Below the pieces are notes generated by a model, which saw only the letters and a list, made by a program, of their open reading frames with translations, ran no database searches and was not told where the DNA came from. The translations under genes were made by a program, and so were the position numbers. 64,000 bases of DNA from a virus. This document shows, in pieces, positions 40,407 through 49,553 of this stretch (position 1 is its first letter; each line of letters begins with the position of its first letter). The DNA lies in the IMG/VR virus record IMGVR_UViG_3300032086_003078, positions 24,414 through 88,413 of that record, one strand, 5' to 3'.

Positions 40407-40600
40407 AACCAGGTGATTTAGTTCGCATTAGAAAGTCAGCGATTGATGCTTATTCCACCCTGTGGTTCATTGACCTCGCCGAAAGAAAGGCACCGCTGCT
40501 TTTAATGGAACTCGTCAATAGACGCCATTGGAAAGTAATGAAGCCCGATGGAAATACTTTTTTTGTTGAAGAAGAAAGCCTAACGAAGAGGTTGTGGTAA
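40403..40600 (+). CDS. Small SH3/KOW-like protein
   Basis: MKPGDLVRI; ATGA coupling. Confidence 0.75.
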   Translation: MKPGDLVRIRKSAIDAYSTLWFIDLAERKAPLLLMELVNRRHWKVMKPDGNTFFVEEESLTKRLW

Positions 40601-40836
40601 TGCAACGAGAAACATACAACTCACGGCTCAATATGAACCCCGACAATGTTAAGCCAGGGACGCTACTACGGGCAAAGAAGTGGTGTCGAAATAATATCAC
40701 TATACGCAAGAACGGCGAGTATGCTATCATTGTACCAGCAAAAGAAAAGTATTCTGAGTATGATGTTATGTTCCCCAGCGGAATGAGAATTATGTATATG
40801 GCGATTAACTGGGAGGTGTTGAGTAATGTTGGTTAA
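40594..40836 (+). CDS. Small SH3-like protein
   Basis: VKPGTLLR...YDVMF...WEVLS. Confidence 0.7.
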   Translation: MVMQRETYNSRLNMNPDNVKPGTLLRAKKWCRNNITIRKNGEYAIIVPAKEKYSEYDVMFPSGMRIMYMAINWEVLSNVG

Positions 40837-41065
40837 GGATAAGATGTGGAAAGTCCAGCAGCCTGGAACTATTTTACGAGCCCGTCATAGTGCTCGCCGT
40901 GGTCAGTTGGCTTTGGTTCTTGCGAGAGCCGAGCCCGGTCCTCGACCAAGCAACGGCTATCCTCCCACCGAGTATGTGAAGATGCAGATGATCTCAAGCG
41001 GCGAGAGGATCAAGGAATCACTCACTAACGCCAACAACTGCTGGGATATTGTGAGCGAACCCTGA
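40826..41065 (+). CDS. Small SH3-like protein
   Basis: QPGTILR...LALVL...WDIVSE. Confidence 0.7.
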   Translation: MLVKDKMWKVQQPGTILRARHSARRGQLALVLARAEPGPRPSNGYPPTEYVKMQMISSGERIKESLTNANNCWDIVSEP

Positions 41066-41268
41066 TGGCTCTTAAATCAAAGCATGTTCCAGGACAACTC
41101 GTCGAGATTACGATCGCTGGTCAGCGTTACATGGCATTGGTTCTTTCAACGATTCCAGCCCCACGCCGTGGCATGAGCCCCATGGTTCAGGTCCAGTGGA
41201 TCGGCGATGCCCCTCGTGATTATCAGGTTGAATATGTAGAGGATCATGCCGTAAAGCCAGTGAAATAA
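41065..41268 (+). CDS. Small SH3-like protein
   Basis: VPGQLVEI...MALVL...VQVQW. Confidence 0.7.
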   Translation: MALKSKHVPGQLVEITIAGQRYMALVLSTIPAPRRGMSPMVQVQWIGDAPRDYQVEYVEDHAVKPVK

Positions 41269-41281
41269 CCTACCCTCGTGA

Positions 41282-41289
41282 ACTACTTA
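41282..41289 (+). promoter_or_regulatory. Putative late promoter motif ACTACTTA
   Basis: ACTACTTACTATAAG is identical to the copy at 8734. Confidence 0.6.
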
Positions 41290-41312
41290 CTATAAGATAG
41301 TTTGCGGGGAAA

Positions 41313-43142
41313 ATGAAAATGCCTATAAGCAGTAGAAATAAAAGTCTTATATTATGGTTTTTAGTAGTAGTATCTGTTTTCTTTCTGTTGAGTGTCGGCA
41401 CGTATGAAAAACCGCTTTTAGTAGAAAAAATATCTTATACGGAAATGATAAAAGTCATTTCTGAGGCAGACGATCAAAATACAGAAATCTCGGTGGTTAT
41501 CCAAGGTAACACTTGGAAAACAAACATAAAAGATAAAACATATACTACGATAGCTCCGCTCACTGACAAGACAATTGACGATCTATCAAATCATAAAAAC
41601 CTTGAAATACGTTTCTTAGAACCTAAGCAGCCATCAATCTGGTTAAATATCCTTATTGGTTGGCTTCCGTTCTTAATTATATTTTATTTTGTTTACCGCT
41701 TTTTTAAGAACGCTCCAAAACTAGGCGGCGGCGCTGACAGAATGAGCGACTTTGGGAAGTCAGGTGCCACAGTCATCATGCCTGGAATAGATAACACCAA
41801 GTTCGGCGACGTTGCTGGCTGCGACGAAGCCAAAGAAGAACTGGAAGATCTTGTCGAGTTTTTGCGGAACCCAAAGAAATTTACAGATATGGGTAGCAAA
41901 CTCCCTAAAGGTGTTCTACTGCATGGACCTCCTGGAACAGGTAAAACACTCCTAGCCAAAGCAATGGCTGGCGAAGCAGAAGTTCCGTTCTTATTGGCTG
42001 CTGGCTCAGACTTCGTAGAAATGTTTGTTGGCGTAGGTGCTTCCCGTGTCCGTGATTTATTTGACCAGGCTTATCAACTTGCTCCTTGCGTAGTCTTCAT
42101 TGATGAGATTGACGCCATCGGCAAGAAGCGTGGTGGACCTGGCGGCGGAGGCAATGACGAGCGAGAGCAGACACTCAACCAAATGCTTGTCGAAATGGAC
42201 GGCTTCGCAGACAATTCAGGCATCATCATTTTAGCGGCTACAAACCGAGTAGAAATGCTTGACCGAGCCCTTACCCGCCCTGGACGCTTTGACCGCAAAG
42301 TTTCGGTTGGATTGCCCGATGTAAATGGACGGAAACAAATATTAAAGATACACACACGCAACGTCCCCGTTGCTGAAGACTTAGACCTAGAACTCATAGC
42401 CAAAACAACACCAGGCTTTTCAGGCGCTGACCTATCCAACCTCGTCAATGAGGCTTCCATCATAGCAGCCCTAGACGAAGCACCCGTAGTTGAGAACTAC
42501 CACTTCGACCAAGCCAGAGACAAAGTCACTATGGGCAAGCCTCGCAAGTCAATGAATATGAGCGAGGAGTCCAGACGTGCTACAGCAATCCACGAAGCGG
42601 GACACGCTCTGTTGGCTTACTACCTAGAGGACGCCGACCCTCTACACAAGGTCACCATCATTCCTCACGGCAGAGCCCTCGGCTTAACAATGCAACTCCC
42701 AGAAGACGACAAATATTCGTGGAGCAAAAAAGAAAACATAGCAAGAATCAAAGTATTGCTGGGCGGCTACATCGCAGAGAAAATGTTTTATGGTATTGAA
42801 GGCACATCAACAGGCGTATCAAATGACTTATTGCGAGCCAAGCAGATAGCCGAGACAATGGTCAAGGACTACGGAATGGGCTCAGTCGGTCCAGTCTATT
42901 TCGGCAATGCTGACGCTTACGGCAATCGTGGTGCTGATATGTCTGACTTCACTAAAGAGCAGTTCGACACAGCCGTCAATGAGATTATGACCCAAGCCCT
43001 GCGGGAAGCAGAAGAACTACTCAAGGAAAAGCGAGAGCACATCGTCATTCTAACCAACATGCTCTTGGAGCAGGACACAGTCCTAGAAGAAGAGTTGGAA
43101 GGTATGTTCGGTCTCCTCGACATTTATTTTGAGGAAGACTAA
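41313..43142 (+). CDS. ftsH: ATP-dependent zinc metalloprotease FtsH
   Basis: Two N-terminal TM segments, [26 protein letters not shown]. Confidence 0.96.
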   Translation: MKMPISSRNKSLILWFLVVVSVFFLLSVGTYEKPLLVEKISYTEMIKVISEADDQNTEISVVIQGNTWKTNIKDKTYTTIAPLTDKTIDDLSNHKNLEIRFLEPKQPSIWLNILIGWLPFLIIFYFVYRFFKNAPKLGGGADRMSDFGKSGATVIMPGIDNTKFGDVAGCDEAKEELEDLVEFLRNPKKFTDMGSKLPKGVLLHGPPGTGKTLLAKAMAGEAEVPFLLAAGSDFVEMFVGVGASRVRDLFDQAYQLAPCVVFIDEIDAIGKKRGGPGGGGNDEREQTLNQMLVEMDGFADNSGIIILAATNRVEMLDRALTRPGRFDRKVSVGLPDVNGRKQILKIHTRNVPVAEDLDLELIAKTTPGFSGADLSNLVNEASIIAALDEAPVVENYHFDQARDKVTMGKPRKSMNMSEESRRATAIHEAGHALLAYYLEDADPLHKVTIIPHGRALGLTMQLPEDDKYSWSKKENIARIKVLLGGYIAEKMFYGIEGTSTGVSNDLLRAKQIAETMVKDYGMGSVGPVYFGNADAYGNRGADMSDFTKEQFDTAVNEIMTQALREAEELLKEKREHIVILTNMLLEQDTVLEEELEGMFGLLDIYFEED

Positions 43143-43150
43143 AATAAAAC

Positions 43151-43178
43151 TTGACCGATAGAAACCCTGTGGTAATGT
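43151..43178 (+). promoter_or_regulatory. Sigma70-type promoter
   Basis: TTGACC-N16(ending TGG)-TAATGT. Confidence 0.65.
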
Positions 43179-43200
43179 AGTATCACAGGGAGGAAGATAT

Positions 43201-43719
43201 ATGAATATCTTTGCTATTGAAGGTGATGCCGAAACTGGTCAAATTGACTGGGAAGCATCTGCTCGTTCTCAAGACAACTTGCGAGTCGTCAAGATGATTC
43301 TAGAGTCATGTCAGATTCTATCCACAGTATTGAACGAGCAGGGGATGAAAGCCCCTTATCGCTCCTTCAATCCAAAGCACCCTTCGTGTCTGTGGGCTGC
43401 CGAGTCAGCCAACAACTTTACCAACCTTGCTCTGCACTGTCAGGCAATGATTGACGAGTACGAGCACCGCTTTGGCAAAGAACACAAGTGTCAAGCAGTC
43501 CTCCACAAACTCATTGAGATGTTTGACCCTGATCTGTTTCCACAGCAGGAATGCACTCCATTGCGGCTCGCTATGCCCGAAGAGTTCCAGTCGGACAATC
43601 CTGTTGTATCTTATCGCAAGTTCTATGCTTCGAAGCCACGCTTGCGTTATCCAGTAGACAAAATTCCAGAGTGGGTGTATGATTATCGTGAGGAGCCCTT
43701 TGAGGTAGTCAATGCATAA
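43201..43719 (+). CDS. Pyrimidine-dimer DNA glycosylase (DenV)-related protein
   Basis: MNIF, VVKMILE.CQILST, HPS..WA, EY..RFGK.H, AMP, V.SYR.FY. Confidence 0.7.
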   Translation: MNIFAIEGDAETGQIDWEASARSQDNLRVVKMILESCQILSTVLNEQGMKAPYRSFNPKHPSCLWAAESANNFTNLALHCQAMIDEYEHRFGKEHKCQAVLHKLIEMFDPDLFPQQECTPLRLAMPEEFQSDNPVVSYRKFYASKPRLRYPVDKIPEWVYDYREEPFEVVNA

Positions 43720-43990
43720 GAAACAAAAGAAAAAGCTCAAACGAGCAGCAAAGAAGAAAAAAGATAAAGTCCAAGCACAACGGCAACAAGAACAAATCGT
43801 TAAGCAAATGAATATGTTTGACAGATTGCCTGAGTCGTGCGATGCTTGCGGTAAAGAATTCCCAAAGACTCGTGAAGCCCACATGTCTTGGCGAGTTACA
43901 GTACGAAACAAAGAACAAACAGTCAGGCTTTTCTGTCCTGAGTGTATTGACAAAACCAAGGAACTTGTGGAGGAACACAATGAAGTTTAA
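43712..43990 (+). CDS. Basic zinc-finger protein
   Basis: CDAC...CPEC; Lys-rich N-terminus. Confidence 0.7.
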   Translation: MHKKQKKKLKRAAKKKKDKVQAQRQQEQIVKQMNMFDRLPESCDACGKEFPKTREAHMSWRVTVRNKEQTVRLFCPECIDKTKELVEEHNEV

Positions 43991-45017
43991 AGAAGCCGTA
44001 ACCTATGATGATATGCTGCTGGTACCTCAGTATAGCGATATCGAAAGCAGAAGCGAAGTCAATATTGGCAGCTTTTTGAATGAAGTGCGCTATAGTTTAC
44101 CTATTATCTCTTCTCCTATGGATACAGTGTCTGAAGTTGAGATGCTAGTTGCCATGGATGAAGCGGGCGGTCTTGGTGTCCTTCACCGATATAACACAAT
44201 CGATGAACAAGTCAGAATGGTTGAGGAGGTTTTCTCCCGTGGAGTTTCTAACTTTGCCGTAGCAATTGGAGTTTCGGGCGATTATTTAGAGCGTGCAGCG
44301 ACTCTTGTTGATATTGGAGTGAATACCTTTTGTCTTGACGTAGCCCACGGTCATCACGTCCTGATGAAGAACGCCTTGACTACACTGAGGAAGAAGTTCG
44401 GGAGAAGCATCACGCTGATTGCAGGGAATGTCTGTACCCTAGAGGGAGTAAATGATCTCGCTGACTGGGGTGCTGATGCTGTCCGAGCCAACATTGGTGG
44501 CGGAAGCATTTGCTCAACCCGCATCGTTACAGGTCACGGACTCCCAGGACTTCAGACCATTTTTGATTGTGCCCGAACTGACCGTGATGTAAAGATCATC
44601 GCCGACGGTGGCATCAAGACGTCTGGCGACATTGTGAAAGCTCTAGCTGCTGGTGCTGACTTTGTAATGTGTGGTTCGCTTCTAGCGGGCACAACCCAAA
44701 GCCCAGGTAACTTGGTTGTCTTGCCTGGCGAACCGCCAATGAAAGAGTATCGAGGCATGGCTTCTAAGGACGCCCAGATGAGTTGGCGAAGCAGGTCATC
44801 GACCCCAGAAGGCGTTGCTTCTTATATTCCTTATAAGGGAAGTGTTTTGGATATACTTGGTGATCTAGAGGGCGGCATTCGCAGCGGGTTGTCTTATTCT
44901 GGCGCTCGATCAATATCCCAACTCCAACACAAAGCGCAGTGGTCTCGCCAGACTTCGGCTGGGACTGTTGAGAGCGGGACACATATTCTTACGGCTCAAG
45001 ACGGACGGAGAAAATAA
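43980..45017 (+). CDS. IMPDH/GMP reductase family enzyme lacking CBS domains
   Basis: [46 protein letters not shown]. Confidence 0.9.
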   Translation: MKFKEAVTYDDMLLVPQYSDIESRSEVNIGSFLNEVRYSLPIISSPMDTVSEVEMLVAMDEAGGLGVLHRYNTIDEQVRMVEEVFSRGVSNFAVAIGVSGDYLERAATLVDIGVNTFCLDVAHGHHVLMKNALTTLRKKFGRSITLIAGNVCTLEGVNDLADWGADAVRANIGGGSICSTRIVTGHGLPGLQTIFDCARTDRDVKIIADGGIKTSGDIVKALAAGADFVMCGSLLAGTTQSPGNLVVLPGEPPMKEYRGMASKDAQMSWRSRSSTPEGVASYIPYKGSVLDILGDLEGGIRSGLSYSGARSISQLQHKAQWSRQTSAGTVESGTHILTAQDGRRK

Positions 45018-45018
45018 A

Positions 45019-45360
45019 ATGTTTTATCGCAAAGACTCTAAAGAACAACAAGACGAGTTGAATAGGAATCCATCAGAGCACGAAGTCCAGTATGGCAGTA
45101 ATCCAAAATGTTTCGAGGTTCATGAAAAGTGGCAAGTAGAGTGCGACCAAAACAATTGCCGAAACTGGATTGACTTCGGAGATGACTTGAATTGTGCGGT
45201 CGTTTGCGCCAGGAAATATGATGGCGGACTTAGCCTTAGAGAGGTTTCAGAAAGGCTTGGAGTTAGCTTCCCAAGGGTTAGTCAAATCGAGCACGCTGCC
45301 TTCAAAAAAATGATGTCAAACAAAGATTTAGATGATTTAAGTTATTTTGATGAAGAATGA
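45019..45360 (+). CDS. Stand-alone sigma70 region-4 HTH protein with Cys-rich N-terminus
   Basis: LSLREVSERLGVSFPRVSQIEHAAFKKM; five Cys upstream. Confidence 0.75.
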   Translation: MFYRKDSKEQQDELNRNPSEHEVQYGSNPKCFEVHEKWQVECDQNNCRNWIDFGDDLNCAVVCARKYDGGLSLREVSERLGVSFPRVSQIEHAAFKKMMSNKDLDDLSYFDEE

Positions 45361-45381
45361 GGGTTTTTTACGTAATGTTAA

Positions 45382-45389
45382 ACTACTTA
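45382..45389 (+). promoter_or_regulatory. Putative late promoter motif ACTACTTA
   Basis: Intergenic motif copy. Confidence 0.55.
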
Positions 45390-45432
45390 AAGTTGATTGC
45401 CTTTTGAATGGCATGATAAAGGAGATTTTAAA

Positions 45433-46017
45433 ATGACAAAAAGTTCGAAGACACTCATTAATGAAACTATCGTTCGCCGTTGGGGCAAGCTTGCTAACAT
45501 GCCAGCTTTGACAGAAAACTTTCTTGACACCCTCGCAGAAGAAGAGGAAGAGATGGAAGCCGAAATGGAAATGGACGCTGAGCCTGCTGGTGAAGCTGAA
45601 ATGGACGCCGAAGAAGCAACTCCAGAAGAGCAAGACGCTGTTGAATCTATCGTTCAAGCCGTCGTAGATGCTATTTCTGCTGAAACAGGCGTTGAAATCG
45701 AAGTCGAAGGCGAAGCTGGTGGCGAAGAAATGGATATGGATATGGATATGGATGCTGACGCTGAAATGGACGCAGAAGAAGAGCCAGCCATGCGTGACGG
45801 CGATGCCATGCGTGACGAGCCAGCAATGCGCAGTCCAATGAATCGTGACGACGAGATTGAAGAAGCTAAAAAGAAAGACGAAGACGAAGACGACGCAGCA
45901 ATGCGTGACGACAAGGAAGCAAAAAACGAAGAACTCGAACTCGATGTAATCGACGACGAAGCTCTCACCGAAGCAGTTCTTGCTCGTGTTGTCGAACGAC
46001 TTCTAAAGAAGAACTAA
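45433..46017 (+). CDS. Acidic scaffold-like/internal head protein
   Basis: AAGGAG RBS; shares RW..LA and NRDDEIE motifs with the scaffold at 14..994. Confidence 0.6.
   Translation: MTKSSKTLINETIVRRWGKLANMPALTENFLDTLAEEEEEMEAEMEMDAEPAGEAEMDAEEATPEEQDAVESIVQAVVDAISAETGVEIEVEGEAGGEEMDMDMDMDADAEMDAEEEPAMRDGDAMRDEPAMRSPMNRDDEIEEAKKKDEDEDDAAMRDDKEAKNEELELDVIDDEALTEAVLARVVERLLKKN
45730..45912 (+). repeat. Coding tandem repeats (ATGGAT)4 and GCMATGCG repeats (AMR/AMRD x4)
   Basis: Directly visible; encode MDMDMDMD and AMRD. Confidence 0.8.
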
Positions 46018-46037
46018 TCTAAAGAGAGGTTCTCCAA

Positions 46038-46868
46038 ATGACGAAGCCGCTGCCTTCCATTAACTTGAAGAATTTAGTTCGCCAAGTTATAACGGAACAG
46101 CGGCATTCGTCTATCATATACTCTCCAAAAGTCATCAATGAAGGGGTATACGACCCAGGGATACTCAAGGCTGTCTTTACAGCAGGTGGACCAGGGAGTG
46201 GAAAGTCCTTTTTGGCTGATGTAGTTTTTGGGGTTCGTACTCCTACTGCAAAACCATTCTTCAAGAACGCCAGTTTTGTTGGCGGGAATGGTCTCAAGTA
46301 TATTAATTCTGATCGTTTCTTTGAGAGAGAGCTAGCGAAACTAGGAATCGACCCCAAAGACCTTCAAGACATCGCAGAACTACCAAGCGATGAGTTATGG
46401 AATATAGTTCAGGGAGCGGATGAACCAGAGTCTGCTCGCAATATCGCAAAAGGTAAGCTAAAAAAACTCAGAGGATATTTTGAAGAGGGTCGTCTTGGGA
46501 TGTTGATAGACGGAACTGGGAGCAAGTACGACAAGATAGTCAAAGAAAAAGAACTTGCTGAATCAATGGGTTATGATACTTACATGCTCTTTGTCGATAC
46601 TTCTTTGCCCGTAGCCATCGAGAGAGATTCTAAAAGGTCCAGAACCTTGGGACCTGAACTGGTCGAAGATATATGGCAGGCAGTCCAAGATAACAAAGAG
46701 AGATACAAAGAATTATTTGGTGATAATTTTGCCCTTGTAGAAAATTCAGTATATGGACCACCACCACAAGAGGTTATCAAGTCTCTAAATAACTTTGTAG
46801 AGTCGCCAGTAGAAAACCCAAGAGGGCAAGCTTGGATCCAGGGCGAGCTAGAAAAAAAGAGAAAATAA
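46038..46868 (+). CDS. P-loop kinase (zeta-toxin/AAA_33-like) with N-terminal leader
   Basis: AGGPGSGKS, INSD, LIDGTG, FVDTSL.VA.ER...R.R. Confidence 0.75.
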   Translation: MTKPLPSINLKNLVRQVITEQRHSSIIYSPKVINEGVYDPGILKAVFTAGGPGSGKSFLADVVFGVRTPTAKPFFKNASFVGGNGLKYINSDRFFERELAKLGIDPKDLQDIAELPSDELWNIVQGADEPESARNIAKGKLKKLRGYFEEGRLGMLIDGTGSKYDKIVKEKELAESMGYDTYMLFVDTSLPVAIERDSKRSRTLGPELVEDIWQAVQDNKERYKELFGDNFALVENSVYGPPPQEVIKSLNNFVESPVENPRGQAWIQGELEKKRK

Positions 46869-46882
46869 AGAAAGGCGGATAA

Positions 46883-47281
46883 ATGCCTGATGACATTCTT
46901 AACCTCTTAGTTAAAGAGGGTTTTGTAACTTTTCCTACCGAAGATGATAATCTTATTGATGCTGAGCGAGCTTTTTTCGGTCACCGAGCAATTCAATGGA
47001 TAAAGAAAAAAACCAAAGAAGACAAGAACTTTAATTTACACTCTTATTTAGTCGCATTAACTTATTACAAGCTTGGTCTAGCAGACTTAAAGATCGAAGA
47101 TAATGAGTTACTATATAGATACAGAGGCAATATAACAAACGAGAGAGCCGATGAATATTCTCAAGTTAATAATGAATCTTTTGGCGAGTTCTATCGCCCA
47201 GACCAGCCCCCGATCACCAGAAAGAAAAACAAGTCTGAAGGAACTGCTGACGAGCAAGAACCTACAGAAGGTGATGAATAA
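46883..47281 (+). CDS. Hypothetical protein
   Basis: ORF with RBS; 3' end overlaps next ORF. Confidence 0.6.
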   Translation: MPDDILNLLVKEGFVTFPTEDDNLIDAERAFFGHRAIQWIKKKTKEDKNFNLHSYLVALTYYKLGLADLKIEDNELLYRYRGNITNERADEYSQVNNESFGEFYRPDQPPITRKKNKSEGTADEQEPTEGDE

Positions 47282-47849
47282 AAAGGGCTACACCTTTTTT
47301 GACGGCAACAAACAATTAAATGTAAACCTGATTGGAGTTCGCAGGGACAACCCAGGGACCAACGAGTTTGATGATTTCTTTGTAATGATTTACAGGGACA
47401 AGCAACTAAAAGAAGTCTGTGAAGTTTTCCCAGTGACTACCGACCCAGGCGAATACTGGCTCGAAAACCCAATGAACCCCAAGGGAACAGCGGTTCTAGT
47501 TCCAGGACAATATCGAGGAACTTGGCAACTAGGCAAGCACCAGAACAACTACGAAGCCCTTGTCCAGCGAAAAGAAGTCAAGGTTTGGCGGGACAACAAT
47601 AAAGATAAAGTAATTGATTACAAGAGTTTCCACACAATCAGCGAAGGCTACTTTGGTATTAATATCCACCGCAGCAATCCCTACGACAAGTCCTACCTCG
47701 TCAATAAGTGGAGTGCTGGTTGTCAGGTGTTCCAGTCCGTTAATGACTTTGATGAGTTTATGAAAATCTGTAAGAAGTCAGCCAATCTCTACGGCAACTC
47801 TTTTACTTACACTTTATTAACGGAACAAGAAATTAGGAAACACCTTTAG
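47151..47849 (+). CDS. Putative endolysin, YkuD/L,D-transpeptidase-like (start may be 47274)
   Basis: TTDPG, GINIH...WSAGCQV His/Cys motif. Confidence 0.6.
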   Translation: MNILKLIMNLLASSIAQTSPRSPERKTSLKELLTSKNLQKVMNKKGYTFFDGNKQLNVNLIGVRRDNPGTNEFDDFFVMIYRDKQLKEVCEVFPVTTDPGEYWLENPMNPKGTAVLVPGQYRGTWQLGKHQNNYEALVQRKEVKVWRDNNKDKVIDYKSFHTISEGYFGINIHRSNPYDKSYLVNKWSAGCQVFQSVNDFDEFMKICKKSANLYGNSFTYTLLTEQEIRKHL

Positions 47850-47854
47850 AACTG

Positions 47855-47862
47855 ACTATTTA
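47855..47862 (+). promoter_or_regulatory. Putative late promoter motif ACTATTTA
   Basis: Intergenic motif copy. Confidence 0.6.
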
Positions 47863-47895
47863 TAGTTAGTCTTATTTTAATAAGGAGAAAAAACA

Positions 47896-48198
47896 ATGTC
47901 CCAATATAAGATTTCCAAAGCAAGGTTGAAAGAAATCATCAAAGAAGAATACGAGGCTGCTATGACTCGTGTTGAGGAAGCAGAAAAGCCAGACTTTCTT
48001 GACTTAGACAAAGACGGCGATAAAGAAGAGCCAATGTCTAAGGCTGCCGACGAAAAGGAAGAGAAGGAAGGCGATAAAGAAGAAAAGGACTTGAGTAAAG
48101 TACCACCACAACTTCGTAAAAGCATGGAAAAGAAGATGAAGAAAGAATCCCTTGATTCAATCCGTGCCCTTATTCATCAAGAACTTAAGAACCTATAA
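47896..48198 (+). CDS. Small charged putative internal head protein with EF-hand-like loop
   Basis: ISKARLKEIIKEE leader; DLDKDGD. Confidence 0.65.
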   Translation: MSQYKISKARLKEIIKEEYEAAMTRVEEAEKPDFLDLDKDGDKEEPMSKAADEKEEKEGDKEEKDLSKVPPQLRKSMEKKMKKESLDSIRALIHQELKNL

Positions 48199-49553
48199 TG
48201 AATTTAAAACCTCATCAAGTTGATTTAATTATCAATAGTGGACCAGTGCGGGATGAGTTTACCCAGAAGGTCAAGGAACTAGATCGCCGCTTGAAGATGA
48301 ACGGGATGGACTACAAGCAGTGGGACACCCTTACAGACCATCAGCACGAGATCTTTACAGATAATCTGTTCCTTGACGGCGAGTGTGCTGCTAGTCCAGA
48401 GAATTATGTCCAAGGCGCAGTGTCTAGCTGCGGCTGCCCCGACGTAGTGGAAGACCTACACCACCACTCCCCAGTCTTGATGAGGGAAATAGAAAAACAA
48501 CAGGAAATGGCTCCTGATATGACTGTGAAGATCAGCGAGAGCCTGAACTTTTTGAACGAATTTATTGACACACAAGTCGATAAAATTAGACTGACTGAAA
48601 GTAAGACCCAACGAGCCTTTGATCTGTATGAGCAAAAGGTTTATGGTGCCTGTGCCCAGACAGATATTCTAGGACCCTGGTCGATTGCTAAGGCTGGTGC
48701 TTCTCCAGATGAGACTGGGCCAGATATCCAGATTCAAATACCAGGACTAGACCCAGCCTTTGTGGAAGTAAAGCTTAACCTAAAGGCCGGCATGGGCGAG
48801 GGTTCTGCTAATTACTCCCCAGAACAAGGGAAGTTTAATATTGTTGTCCCTCGGGACAAACCACCAATGGAGCCAGAGTTTGCTGAGTTTGTACTTCAGG
48901 AACTGTACAGCAACGAGCAGAACATTAAAGAGTTCGCCCTAGCAATCAGAGACTGGCGTCGTAAAGCAAGCTACAAGTGGGACTCCACACGAGGTGGCGA
49001 TCCTAGTTTGTTCGCTTTTCCTTTTAGTACCACTTACGAAGCTTATGCCAACGCAGTCAAGGCAGGGTTGTACCGTAAAGCCTCCGAGTGGCCTACGGCT
49101 GGTGGCGGTGTGATGCTTCCTGACTTCTTTATTCACAAGCTTTATGCCCGAAAGGATACTTTCTATATCCAAGTGGGGCGCAAGGGGCTTTATTATTTGG
49201 CAGAAAACCCGCTGAATCTGCCAGTGCCGCAGTTCCCATCTAAGGCTGCTCTTATCTATCGCCCTAAACCATCTGGCTCTAAGAAACTGCCGCCAACACC
49301 AGAGCAAGCAGCACGGGGAGAAAAAGGAGATATTAATTACGGATGGGAGAGCCAAGACCCACGCCCTGAAGGAGAGCGTGATGATCGAAACTATTCCCCT
49401 TATAACGGAACGTTTATGATTCAGTCAAAGCTCCCCACAGGTGCCAACCTACCAAACTCGCCATACACATTAGATGATCCAGCGAGCATTGAGGTATTGT
49501 TGGCAGCACTAAACGTAGAGACAGAACAACCCGAAGAAAGTGAGGGCTTGTGA
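48198..49553 (+). CDS. PD-(D/E)xK nuclease-like protein with N-terminal extension
   Basis: YEQKV helix, GPDIQI...FVEVK. Confidence 0.55.
   Translation: MNLKPHQVDLIINSGPVRDEFTQKVKELDRRLKMNGMDYKQWDTLTDHQHEIFTDNLFLDGECAASPENYVQGAVSSCGCPDVVEDLHHHSPVLMREIEKQQEMAPDMTVKISESLNFLNEFIDTQVDKIRLTESKTQRAFDLYEQKVYGACAQTDILGPWSIAKAGASPDETGPDIQIQIPGLDPAFVEVKLNLKAGMGEGSANYSPEQGKFNIVVPRDKPPMEPEFAEFVLQELYSNEQNIKEFALAIRDWRRKASYKWDSTRGGDPSLFAFPFSTTYEAYANAVKAGLYRKASEWPTAGGGVMLPDFFIHKLYARKDTFYIQVGRKGLYYLAENPLNLPVPQFPSKAALIYRPKPSGSKKLPPTPEQAARGEKGDINYGWESQDPRPEGERDDRNYSPYNGTFMIQSKLPTGANLPNSPYTLDDPASIEVLLAALNVETEQPEESEGL

Noticed and set aside
46038-47281. Zeta/epsilon toxin-antitoxin pair
   Set aside because: The P-loop kinase is only broadly zeta-like, and no neighbour resembles an epsilon antitoxin; substrate cannot be inferred.
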